The notes under the pieces: generated by a model
Databases searched by the model: none
The model's input: only the letters and a program-made list of their open reading frames with translations
Told to the model about the DNA's origin: nothing
Position numbers and translations under genes: made by a program
In this document: in pieces, positions 37,679 to 46,553 of the stretch
How positions within the stretch are numbered: the first letter of the stretch is position 1
Layout of the letters: every line of letters starts with the position of its first letter
From: Deltaproteobacteria bacterium
Lineage (GTDB): Bacteria; Desulfobacterota; Desulfobacteria; Desulfobacterales; SpSt-501
Assembly (NCBI GenBank): GCA_016219005.1
Contig: JACRCN010000033.1
Span: 7,595-71,594, forward strand
Direction: 5' to 3'
Length of the DNA stretch: 64,000 nt

Positions 37679-38902
37679 TTACCAGCCCATCCAACTCGGC
37701 CATTTGTCCGGCCAGCGGCTCTTGATGTCGGTGACCTGCACCAGCTTGAACTTGCCGTCCTTGATCTCGTACACGGGCACCGACCCGGAAACCCGGTGGT
37801 CCGTGGCGGTGTAGGTCAGCTTGGCGCCGCCCAGGCCGAGGTCGAAGTCCTGCATGGTCTCAAAGCCCTTCTTGAGGATCCCCTCGCCGTTCAGGGCGCC
37901 GGCCTTGTCGGCCCGTTTCATGGCCTCCCAAAGCGCCAGCACGTTGGACCAGGCCTGGACCGTGCGGATCAGACGTTTTTCAGAAGGAACCCCGGGGTTG
38001 AACTTCTTGGCGTATTCCACAACCTTGGGCATCAGGGGTGTCTTCTCGCCGTAGAAGGCGCACACGGTGGCGCCCATCGCGCCTTCCGCGGCCTTTTCCG
38101 CCAGGCGCGGCAGGTTTTCATCCAGGCCCCAGAGGTTGACAATGTGCTGCGCCCCCAATCCCAGGGCATACGCATCCCGCATGAAGGCCGAGACCGACAT
38201 GGTGGTGTTGCCGTGCCAGACCACATCCGGCTTGAATTCCTTCAGACCGAGAACCTGGCTCTTGGTGTCGATGGCGAAAAGCGACACGTCCTGGTCCGGA
38301 CCGATGTCGAAGCCGAGCAGCGTCGCCTGGTCCTTGATGGCCTTGATGGGTGCGCTGGCGTACGGAGAGGCGAACATGTAGACGCAGGCGAACCGGGGCT
38401 TGCGCTTGCCGTTGTCCGCATGTTGCTTCCAACGTGTGTCATGCCAGGCCGTCAGCGTCGCCCGGGCGTTGGTGGAGTAATCGGTGGCGGCAAACAGGTT
38501 ATAGGGGGTTTTCTTGGGGTCGGTCAGGTGCCCGGAATAGGAGGCCGAGACATAGGGCATCTTGTCCGCGGTCACCGTCGGCGCGAGCGCCTCGGTATCG
38601 CCGGTGCCCCACCCCTCGATCGCCACGGCTTTCATCCGCTGGAAGAGCTTGTACTTGGTCAGGGCCTCCGGCACGCGGTAGCCGTAGTCGAACTGGATCA
38701 GCTTGATCGGCTTGCCGTTGACCCCGCCGTTGTCGTTACAGTAGTTGACGGCCTCGGCGACGCCGAGCGCGTAGTCCTTGCCCACGTCCGACGTGGCCCC
38801 CGTCATGTCGTTCAGGGCTCCGATCACCACTTCCTGCGCCATGGCCCCCGGCGAAAAAGCGAACGCGATCGCCAGAACCATCACCAATGCTCTTGCCTTC
38901 AT
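37679..38902 (-). CDS. ABC transporter substrate-binding protein (LivK/type I periplasmic binding fold)
   Basis: Signal peptide MKARALVMVLAIAFAFSPGAMA, about 407 aa. Sits within a Liv-type operon. Confidence 0.85.
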   Translation of the reverse strand: MKARALVMVLAIAFAFSPGAMAQEVVIGALNDMTGATSDVGKDYALGVAEAVNYCNDNGGVNGKPIKLIQFDYGYRVPEALTKYKLFQRMKAVAIEGWGTGDTEALAPTVTADKMPYVSASYSGHLTDPKKTPYNLFAATDYSTNARATLTAWHDTRWKQHADNGKRKPRFACVYMFASPYASAPIKAIKDQATLLGFDIGPDQDVSLFAIDTKSQVLGLKEFKPDVVWHGNTTMSVSAFMRDAYALGLGAQHIVNLWGLDENLPRLAEKAAEGAMGATVCAFYGEKTPLMPKVVEYAKKFNPGVPSEKRLIRTVQAWSNVLALWEAMKRADKAGALNGEGILKKGFETMQDFDLGLGGAKLTYTATDHRVSGSVPVYEIKDGKFKLVQVTDIKSRWPDKWPSWMGW

Positions 38903-38974
38903 GTTTCCCTCCTTTCGAAAGAAACGGGTTGGAAGTAACCGCCCTGGCCGTTATGACGGGGCGGGGAGCGGTTT

Positions 38975-40075
38975 CTAGTACGAGAACGGCCACAGGTTGA
39001 AATAGTTCTTGGCCTGCCACCAGCGGTAGGCCAATCCGTTGGGCTCAAAGACCATGAACGCACAGATCGCCAGGCCGAATGCGGCCTCCTTGATGAAGAG
39101 AAAATCCATCAGCAGCTTGGGGTAGCTGGAGGCTAGGGGGATGACGGCCATCTGCAGCAGCTCCATCACCACCACCATGAAGATCGAGCCGAAAATCGTG
39201 CCGTGGATCGAGCCGACCCCGCCGATGAGGATTACCCCCACCAGCCACAACGACCAGAACCAGGGGAAATGCTCCGGGCTGATCGCGGCCAGGTTGCTGA
39301 TCCAGAAGGCTCCGGCGACCCCGCCGATGAAGCCGGCCACGAAAAAGGCGAACAACTTGTACTGCACCACGTTGATGCCCATGACCTCGGCGGAGATGTC
39401 GTTGTCGCGGATCGCCACCCAGGCCCGGCCCACGCGGGACCGCAGCAGGTTCACCACCGCGGCAACGAGAAGGATGACCAGAACAAGCATCATGTAATAG
39501 ATCTTCAGGTCGCTGTCGATCACCCAGGGCCCGATCTTGATGGTCCCCGGGGGCAGTGAAAACGCCTGCCCGCGGCCGCCGATCTGGCTGATGTATTGGG
39601 TGATCACGAAATCCACGGTGACGAACTGGGCGGCCATGGTGGTCAGGATCAGGTAAAACCCCTTGACTTTGGCCGAGGGTAGACCGAAGAGCACGGACCA
39701 GACCCCGGCGACGACGGCGGCCGCCAGGATGCTGATGGGGTAGGCCAGCCCCAAATCCAGGAAAAACTTCGGCCAGGGGAACTCGAGGATCAACAGGGTG
39801 CTGGTGTAGGCCCCCACCGCCAGGAAGGCCGCGTGTCCGAGTGTCACCTGGCCGCAGAACCCGATGAGCAGCTGCACCCCCAAGGCGCCCAACACGGTGT
39901 AGCCGACCTGGTTGCAGACGCTGATCCAATAGGAATCGGCCATGTAGGGGATTCCCCCGAAAAGGACCAGCATCAGCAGGATCATCTTGCCCTTGATGAA
40001 CTTGGTCTGCCACCAGGCGTGATCTTCATGATAGCTCTGATGGTATTCGCCGCAGGGTAGAAACGTCGTGGACAT
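38975..40075 (-). CDS. branched-chain amino acid-type ABC transporter permease (LivM-like)
   Basis: 366-aa polytopic protein. LGQVTLGHAAFLAVGAY is typical of LivM. Confidence 0.85.
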   Translation of the reverse strand: MSTTFLPCGEYHQSYHEDHAWWQTKFIKGKMILLMLVLFGGIPYMADSYWISVCNQVGYTVLGALGVQLLIGFCGQVTLGHAAFLAVGAYTSTLLILEFPWPKFFLDLGLAYPISILAAAVVAGVWSVLFGLPSAKVKGFYLILTTMAAQFVTVDFVITQYISQIGGRGQAFSLPPGTIKIGPWVIDSDLKIYYMMLVLVILLVAAVVNLLRSRVGRAWVAIRDNDISAEVMGINVVQYKLFAFFVAGFIGGVAGAFWISNLAAISPEHFPWFWSLWLVGVILIGGVGSIHGTIFGSIFMVVVMELLQMAVIPLASSYPKLLMDFLFIKEAAFGLAICAFMVFEPNGLAYRWWQAKNYFNLWPFSY

Positions 40076-40248
40076 AAAATCACTCCATAATTTGATTCAG
40101 CTCAACTGGGTGCTGGAAAACAAGCATCGGGCCGTCAGCCAGGGCGCGTGGCGATTCGGAAAGCGCCGCATATGGGCTGACATGCGAACATTTGCATGAG
40201 CCACTCAAGGCCGGATCACGGACTGCGGCGCCGTTTTTCAACGCCCTG

Positions 40249-41133
40249 CTAAACCCGTTCGATCCGTTCCCACCCCCAGATCCCGTATGGTTTGAAGAGC
40301 AGGAAGACCGCCATGAACGCGAACGGGGCGACCTCCTTCACGCCGCCCGGGAAGTACCGGTCGAGGTAGGCGCCGCAGAAATTTTGCAGCACGCCGATGA
40401 TGAGTCCGCCGAGAATAGCGCCCGGCACCGAGTTGAGCCCGCCCAAGACCACCACGGGCAACACCAGGAGTCCGAGATAGCCGACGGAGATGTTGAGGCC
40501 GTTGATGTTGCCAAGCAGCGTGCCGCCCACGCCGGCCGCCATGAAGGCGATAGCCCAGGCGGCGGCATACACAAAGCGTGCGCTCACCCCCACGGACAGT
40601 GCGGCCATCTCGTCGTCGGCTGTCGCCTGCATGGCCAGGCCCCAGCGCGTATACTTGAAAAAGCACACGAAGACGACGAGCAGGATGATGGCCGCAACAA
40701 AGCTCCACAGGTACACTTCGCCTATGATCAGCGGTCCCAGCCGGACCGGCTCGATGGAAAACACCGGCGGCGCGAAAACGCGGGTGTCGGTGCCCCAGAT
40801 GAACTCCACCGTGCCCTTGAAGAAGAAGGATAATCCCACGGTCACCATGATGACGGTCAGGACCGGTTCGCCGATCAGCCGGTCGAGGAAAATCCGTTCG
40901 GTCAGTATCCCCAGGATGAACCCGATGATGAGCGAGAACAGGAGCGACAGCAGAAACGGCACACCCATGGAGTAGAAGCTCAAAGACACGTAGGCGCCGA
41001 TCAGGGTCATCTCGCCCATGGCCAGGTTCAGCACGCCCGAGCACTTGTAGATGAGCACCCAGCCCAGGGCCACCAAGGCATATATTCCCCCCACCATGAT
41101 CCCGGTGGTCAGGGTCATCAGCAGCAAATCCAT
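40249..41133 (-). CDS. branched-chain amino acid-type ABC transporter permease (LivH-like)
   Basis: Polytopic protein with IYKCSGVLNLAMGE typical of LivH. The ATG at 41133 follows AAGGAGA. Confidence 0.85.
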   Translation of the reverse strand: MDLLLMTLTTGIMVGGIYALVALGWVLIYKCSGVLNLAMGEMTLIGAYVSLSFYSMGVPFLLSLLFSLIIGFILGILTERIFLDRLIGEPVLTVIMVTVGLSFFFKGTVEFIWGTDTRVFAPPVFSIEPVRLGPLIIGEVYLWSFVAAIILLVVFVCFFKYTRWGLAMQATADDEMAALSVGVSARFVYAAAWAIAFMAAGVGGTLLGNINGLNISVGYLGLLVLPVVVLGGLNSVPGAILGGLIIGVLQNFCGAYLDRYFPGGVKEVAPFAFMAVFLLFKPYGIWGWERIERV

Positions 41134-41162
41134 CCGTCTTTCTCCTTTTTGATCCCGATCGA

Positions 41163-43115
41163 TCAATTCGCTATGGAGACGATGCGCATATCGGTGACAA
41201 TGTGGGCCTGCCGGCCGTCTTCGTATTTGATGAGGGTGTCGATGTGAACGCTGTCGTTTTGGGTATACAGCGCATCCACGATCTCCTTGTAGCGCTTCTC
41301 CACGAAGGCCCGGCGCAGCTTGCGCGTACGGGTGAGTTCGTCGTCGTCCGCGTCGAACTCCTTGTAGAGATTGGTGAACTTCCGGACTTTAGCCAAATCC
41401 GGCAAATCCTTGTTGGCCTGGCGAATCTGTTTTTCCACCAGGTCGTAGACCTCGGGCATCTGGGACAACTCCTGGTAACTCGTGTAATTGAGTTTGCGCT
41501 GATCGGCCCAATTGCTGACGACCGCATAATCGATGCACATGACGGCCGAGAGGTAGTCCCGTTTGTCCCCGATGACCCATCCGTCCTTGATGTAGGGGCT
41601 GAATTTCAGGCGGGTCTCCAGGTATTGGGGCGCAAAGGGGCGGCCGTCTTTTAGGGTGAACACGTCCTTGGTGCGGTCGAAGACGACCAGGTGGCCGTCG
41701 TCATCGATGAACCCCTTGTCGCCCGAGTAAAGCCAGCCGTCGATAAGGGTCTTCGCAGTGGCCTCGGGGTTCTTGTAGTAGCCCTGGAACACCGACGGGC
41801 TGCGGGTGAGAATTTCGCCATCCTGATTGATGCGCACCTCTGTTCCGGGGATGGGGGTGCCGACCGTGTCGAACTTGATGTCGCCTCTGCGGTGGACGAC
41901 CGATATCCCGGCCACCTCGGTCTGTCCGTAGATCTGCTTCAGGTTGACGCCCAGCGAGTGGAAAAACCGGAAGTGGTCCGGGCCCATGGCCGCTCCACCC
42001 GTGTAGGCGTTGCGCACCCGGCTCATCCCCAGGTTATCCTTCAGCTTCTTTTGCACCGTCGCGTAGACCAGCCCATGCAGGGCCTGCCAGTAAAAGGGTA
42101 CCGGCTTTTTGGCGAATTTCATGTCCGCCACGCGGTAGCCGACCCATGTAGCGAACTGGTAAAAGGTGCGCTTCAGCCAGGTGGCATCCAGGTATTTGAC
42201 CTGGACGGTTCGGGTCATCTGCTCGTACATGCGGGGCGGGGCGAACATGACATGCGGGCCGATCTCGCGGATGTTGGCCTGGGCGGTCTCCGGTGCTTCC
42301 GGGAAGTTCAACGTGTAACCCATCTGAAGGCCGCAGGAGATCGACATCATCTGCTCGCCGATCCATGCAAACGGCAGATAGGACACGTAATCGTCGCTGT
42401 CCTGGCAAGGGTCCACCTCCATCAGGTGCTTGCCCATGGACAGCATGTTGTGGTGGGAGAGCAGCGCCCCCTTGGGCAGCGCGGTCGTGCCGGACGTGTA
42501 GAAGAGCAGCGCGATCTCCTCGCCGTGGCCCTTGTTGATGAGCTCTTCGAACAGATGCGGCTTTTCCTTTTCGAGTTCCCGGCCCAGATCCTGCACGTCT
42601 CTGAGGCTGATGAGACACTCCTGATGGTATTGGCGCAACCCCTTGGGGTCGTCCCAGATGATCTTCTTCAGCTTGGGGCAGTCCTTGATAATGGAAAGCG
42701 TCTTGTCTACTTCCTCCTGACCTTCGCCGAAGACGAACTTGGCATCGGAGTGGTCGATGATGTAACGGACTTCGTCCATCAGGCAGTCCTGAAAGAGCCA
42801 TACGCCCACGCCCCGGGCACACAGGGCCGCCATCTCCGCCATCAGGCCCTCGGGCCGGTTGTCGCCGATCATGGCGACCTTGTCTCCCTCCTGCAGCCCG
42901 AGCTTGATCAGGCCCAAGGCGAGATATTTGACGTTGTCCAGGTAATCCTGCCAGGTGATGGGGCGCCAGATCCCGAATTCCTTCTCGCGCATCGCCACAC
43001 GGTCTTTGCCGTAGCGTTTGGCCTGTTGATGGAAAAGCTTGGGGATCGTGAGGTCCTTGGGAAATTCCTGGGCGTCTTCCGCTTTCACGCCGATCGCTTT
43101 ATCTCCGTGTGGCAT
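41163..43115 (-). CDS. long-chain acyl-CoA synthetase (AMP-forming) embedded in the ABC operon
   Basis: YTSGTTALPKGALLSH, YGQTE and GDKGFIDDDGHL. The ATG at 43115 follows AAGAGGA. Confidence 0.85.
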   Translation of the reverse strand: MPHGDKAIGVKAEDAQEFPKDLTIPKLFHQQAKRYGKDRVAMREKEFGIWRPITWQDYLDNVKYLALGLIKLGLQEGDKVAMIGDNRPEGLMAEMAALCARGVGVWLFQDCLMDEVRYIIDHSDAKFVFGEGQEEVDKTLSIIKDCPKLKKIIWDDPKGLRQYHQECLISLRDVQDLGRELEKEKPHLFEELINKGHGEEIALLFYTSGTTALPKGALLSHHNMLSMGKHLMEVDPCQDSDDYVSYLPFAWIGEQMMSISCGLQMGYTLNFPEAPETAQANIREIGPHVMFAPPRMYEQMTRTVQVKYLDATWLKRTFYQFATWVGYRVADMKFAKKPVPFYWQALHGLVYATVQKKLKDNLGMSRVRNAYTGGAAMGPDHFRFFHSLGVNLKQIYGQTEVAGISVVHRRGDIKFDTVGTPIPGTEVRINQDGEILTRSPSVFQGYYKNPEATAKTLIDGWLYSGDKGFIDDDGHLVVFDRTKDVFTLKDGRPFAPQYLETRLKFSPYIKDGWVIGDKRDYLSAVMCIDYAVVSNWADQRKLNYTSYQELSQMPEVYDLVEKQIRQANKDLPDLAKVRKFTNLYKEFDADDDELTRTRKLRRAFVEKRYKEIVDALYTQNDSVHIDTLIKYEDGRQAHIVTDMRIVSIAN

Positions 43116-43920
43116 ACATGTCCTCTTCACCCAGATACGCCTTGATCACTTGGGGGTTGTTCTGGACCTCCTGCGGGGTCCCATTCATAATCATGTTGCC
43201 GAAATTGAGCACGAACACCTGATGGGAAAGGTCCATGACGACCCCCATGTCGTGCTCGACGAGCAGACAGGTGACCTTCCAGCGCTTGTCCTCGTTGACG
43301 TCTATGACGAACCGCGCCATGTCCTCGGTCTCCTCGAGGTTGAGGCCGGCCAAGGGCTCATCGAGGATCAGAAGCTCCGGTTCCAGCGCCAGGGCGCGGC
43401 CCAGCTCCACCCGTTTTTGAAGCCCGTAGGGCAGCATCCCCACGGGCTTGTGCCGGATGTGCTCGATCTCCAGCAGGTCGATGATCTCCTCTTCGATAAA
43501 CCGGCGATGCTCGATCTCTTCGCGCGCGACCCGGCCGGCATAGATGGCACCGCTGAGGATGCCGGATTTGAAGTGGATATGCCGTCCGAGCCGGATGTTG
43601 TCCAGGACCGTCATGCCGCCGAACACCTCCACTTTCTGGAAGGTCCGGGCCATGCCCAAGGACGCCCGCTGATAGGGTCTGATATTGTTGATGAGCTGGC
43701 CCTTGAAACGGATCTCGCCTTTCTGGGGCCGATACAGACCGTTGATGATGTTCATCATGACAGTCTTGCCGGCACCGTTGGGGCCGATAACGGAGTGGAT
43801 ATCCCCTTTGCGGACCTGGAGGCTGACTCCGGACAGGGCCGCCACTTTGCCGAAATACATATGGATGTCTTTCAGGTCGAGCAGGACGTCATCCGCTTTG
43901 ATGGCTGTGGTTCCCCCCAC
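43099..43920 (-). CDS. branched-chain amino acid-type ABC transporter ATP-binding protein (LivG-like)
   Basis: Walker A GPNGAGKT, signature-equivalent region YGLQKRVELGRAL, Walker B LLILDEP. A GTG at 43920 lies 8 nt after GGAGG. Confidence 0.85.
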   Translation of the reverse strand: MGGTTAIKADDVLLDLKDIHMYFGKVAALSGVSLQVRKGDIHSVIGPNGAGKTVMMNIINGLYRPQKGEIRFKGQLINNIRPYQRASLGMARTFQKVEVFGGMTVLDNIRLGRHIHFKSGILSGAIYAGRVAREEIEHRRFIEEEIIDLLEIEHIRHKPVGMLPYGLQKRVELGRALALEPELLILDEPLAGLNLEETEDMARFVIDVNEDKRWKVTCLLVEHDMGVVMDLSHQVFVLNFGNMIMNGTPQEVQNNPQVIKAYLGEEDMYATRR

Positions 43921-44219
43921 TAGCAAATCCTCCCGTTTTTAATTCTAAAATATGAAGCCAATTCATTTCATTGAATGTTTTCTATAAGGTACCGAGTGTT
44001 TAGTCAACACTTTTGTTAGTAAAACGGTGCGATGCATTAATTTTGAATAAACCAAGCAACTTATATATCTAATTGACAGCGCGGAAACCGGCCATGATTT
44101 TTGGGTTATTTTATTTATCTAACTGAAATTTTTATAAATTAACAATTAAGCCCAACGACCCTGAAGATAGCCCCGAAATAATAATGAATAAATAGCTGGT
44201 AAATAGCGGCTAAATGCCG

Positions 44220-45830
44220 CTATATTTCGAAGGCGAGCAGGTGCGCGCGCAGGTTCTTCTTGCTTTTCCGGAGGCCCAGTTTGGTGCGAATATTGTACCG
44301 ATGAAACAGGATGGTGTTCTTGGAAAGGTAGAGCAGTGCGGCGATTTCCTTGTTTGTTTTACCCTCCTTCACGAGGTTGGCCACACGGATTTCCGTAGGG
44401 GTGAGGTTGACATAGTTCGATGACAGATGGCTGATGAACGGCGAGATGATGTTGCCGAGGTTCGTTTCGAGAATGTCGGCCAGCGCCTTCTGGGTCGAAG
44501 TCAGCCGTCCCTTTTTCAACTGCTCCAGGTAGGGGCTGATGAGCTCCTTGACGTTGGAGCGCACCACTTCGCCGAATTCCTTCCGGTCGTCCTCGCGCTG
44601 CTTCAACAGCACCTTCAGGGCGGTGTTGACCTCCTTCAGGTGAAGCGACTGGGCCTTGAGCTCCTTTTCGCGTTTCCTCAGCTGGCCCTCGGCTCTTTTA
44701 CGGTCCTCGACCTCCTGGGCCAGTTCCGCCGTTCGCGCGGCGACTCTTTCTTCCAACTGGTCCTGATACTCTAAAAGCTTCCGCTCCGCGCGTTTCTGGG
44801 CGCTGATGTCGCGCAGGGTTACGATGTTGCCGGCGGGTTTGCCGTCCCGGTCGAAGAACAGGGTGGAGCTCAGCTGCACATCCAACGTGCGTCCGTCCCT
44901 GGTGTTGCGCCGGGTCTCGAAGAGCTGAATCTTGTCGCCCTTCAGCATGTTGCCGATCGCCGCGCGGGTTTCGGGCCAGCTCTCCTCCGGCACGAAATCG
45001 ATCGGCTTGCCGAGGAGTTCATCCCGCCTGAGCCCGAAGGTCTGTTCGAAGGCCGGGTTCACGTACTGGGCCGCCCCCTGAACGTCGTAGACCACGACCG
45101 GGTCCGGCGACGACTCCAGCAGGAGTCGATAGCGCGCCTCGCTCTCCCGGAGGGTTTCCTCGGTACGCTTGCGCTCGGCCAGCTCCCGGATGGCCTCCGC
45201 GTAGAGGCGCGCCTTGTCGAGGGCAACGGTGGCCAGCTCGGCGAAACGCTCGAGCACCACGATGTCCTCGGCCTGGAACCCTTTGCCGGCCTCCACCTGC
45301 GCCAGGCCGATGACCCCCTCGACCCGGCCCCGGTACTTCAAGGGGATCCCCACCACGGCGCGCAGCGCATCCAGGGATTTGTCCGCCAGGCGGCCCGCCC
45401 ACGTGCGGTAGTCATCGATCAGCAGGAAGGTTTCGCTCTCCCAGACCCGGCCGCCCACGCCCTCCCCCGGCCGGACGCGCAACCCCAGCTGGTGCTTGAA
45501 GAACCCCATTCCCACCCGCATCTGCATGGCGGCCGCGTCGGGCTCGAGCAGGTAGATGTAGCCGTGCTCGGTGCGGGTCAGGCGTGCGGCCCGGTGCAGG
45601 ACGGCTTCCAGAAGTTCTTCCTTGTCCAGGCGGTCGATCAGGCCGAGCGAGGTCGCGTGCAGGGCCGCCAGGCACTCGTTTTGCCGCCGCAGGACGGCCG
45701 CCCCGTCGGTGAGACGCAGCAGGGCCGCCTCGAGCTGCTCCACTCGGCGCTGCCGGGCGTTTCGTTCCGAAGGGCTCGCCGACACGTCGGCCTCTTTTCC
45801 GTTGCTTCGGCATCCAGCCGAAAAGGTCAC
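44220..45830 (-). CDS. GAF-PAS-coiled coil-LuxR HTH transcriptional regulator
   Basis: C-terminal LTPTEIRVANLVKEGKTNKEIAALLYLSKNTILFHRYNIRTKLG (LuxR/GerE HTH). Upstream lie GAF-like and PAS-like regions and a Lys/Glu-rich coiled coil. GTG start. Confidence 0.8.
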   Translation of the reverse strand: MTFSAGCRSNGKEADVSASPSERNARQRRVEQLEAALLRLTDGAAVLRRQNECLAALHATSLGLIDRLDKEELLEAVLHRAARLTRTEHGYIYLLEPDAAAMQMRVGMGFFKHQLGLRVRPGEGVGGRVWESETFLLIDDYRTWAGRLADKSLDALRAVVGIPLKYRGRVEGVIGLAQVEAGKGFQAEDIVVLERFAELATVALDKARLYAEAIRELAERKRTEETLRESEARYRLLLESSPDPVVVYDVQGAAQYVNPAFEQTFGLRRDELLGKPIDFVPEESWPETRAAIGNMLKGDKIQLFETRRNTRDGRTLDVQLSSTLFFDRDGKPAGNIVTLRDISAQKRAERKLLEYQDQLEERVAARTAELAQEVEDRKRAEGQLRKREKELKAQSLHLKEVNTALKVLLKQREDDRKEFGEVVRSNVKELISPYLEQLKKGRLTSTQKALADILETNLGNIISPFISHLSSNYVNLTPTEIRVANLVKEGKTNKEIAALLYLSKNTILFHRYNIRTKLGLRKSKKNLRAHLLAFEI

Positions 45831-45835
45831 ACCCC

Positions 45836-46054
45836 TCAGGAGCCGCCGTCAAACCCGATGATGACCTGTCCGCGGTCGACGATCACCGGTATCCGGCGTT
45901 GCTGCTTGGAATAGACCAGCATATCCTTCAGCCGGGCCGCATCGTCCAGAACGTCTGCGTACTCGACCCGGCGACCCTTCTTGGCATAGGCTTCACGAGC
46001 TGCCCGGGTGTGGGGTCAGCTCCGCTTCCCGTAGATTACGACCCGGTCGACCAT
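45836..46054 (-). CDS. glutaredoxin-like selenoprotein (Sec at codon 13)
   Basis: Not in the ORF track. The ATG at 46054 lies 7 nt after GAGGAG. The translation is MVDRVVIYGKRS-U-PHTRAAREAYAKKGRRVEYADV...RRIPVIVDRGQVIIGFDGGS. TGA (46016..46018) aligns with the first Cys of the Grx CPYC motif, and the fold hallmarks (beta1 VVIYGK, cis-Pro region IPVIV, GG) are intact downstream of it. Confidence 0.65.
45983..46022 (-). promoter_or_regulatory. candidate SECIS region of the Grx-like gene
   Basis: Two alternative hairpins. One is GAGCUG(A)CCC-CACACCC-GGGCAGCUC, which includes the UGA (45997..46022). The other is GGCAGC-UCGUGAA-GCC(UA)UGCC (45983..46004). Which one, if either, binds SelB cannot be decided by eye. 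Confidence 0.35.
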
Positions 46055-46268
46055 CGCCGCACTCCTCGAGAGGGGGGTGGTTTTGTCCTCAGGGCACACC
46101 GTGCCGCTCCTTAACGTCCCGCGCAGGATAGCCTGCTCCTCAAGGCGCACGGCACGGTTTCCCTAGCGCGAACACCTACCAGTCGTTTCTCTCCTTGTCA
46201 ACGCACACGGATTGGTCTATAGATTTTCAGGTACGATGCGTTAATTTCGAGAGGATTCGGGCACCGGC

Positions 46269-46547
46269 GTGGCGTCAAGCAGCGATCTGTCGAGAAAGGT
46301 TACCATCGTCAACGAACTCGGACTGCACGCCCGCCCGGCGGCCAAGATCGCCCAGATCGCCCGCAACGCCGCCGCCACCGTCTGGGTCATCCGGGGCCCG
46401 GAGCAAGTGGACGCATCCAGCATCATGGAGCTCCTGACCCTCGCCTGCGAAAAGGGAACGACGTTGACGTTTACCGCTGCGGATCCAGCGGATCGTCACA
46501 TTCTCGATGCGCTGGTGCAGCTGGTCGAGAGCGGTTTCGAGGAATAG
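46269..46547 (+). CDS. ptsH: phosphocarrier protein HPr
   Basis: GLHARPAAKIA phospho-His motif, 92 aa, GTG start. Confidence 0.85.
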   Translation: MASSSDLSRKVTIVNELGLHARPAAKIAQIARNAAATVWVIRGPEQVDASSIMELLTLACEKGTTLTFTAADPADRHILDALVQLVESGFEE

Positions 46548-46553
46548 CGGAGG

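Noticed and set aside
37589-43923. Plus-strand ORFs 37589..38938, 40192..40833, 41691..43145 and 43039..43923
   Set aside because: All lie antisense to the Liv-type transporter and acyl-CoA synthetase genes. They show low-complexity Arg/Gly/His/Asp-rich translations.
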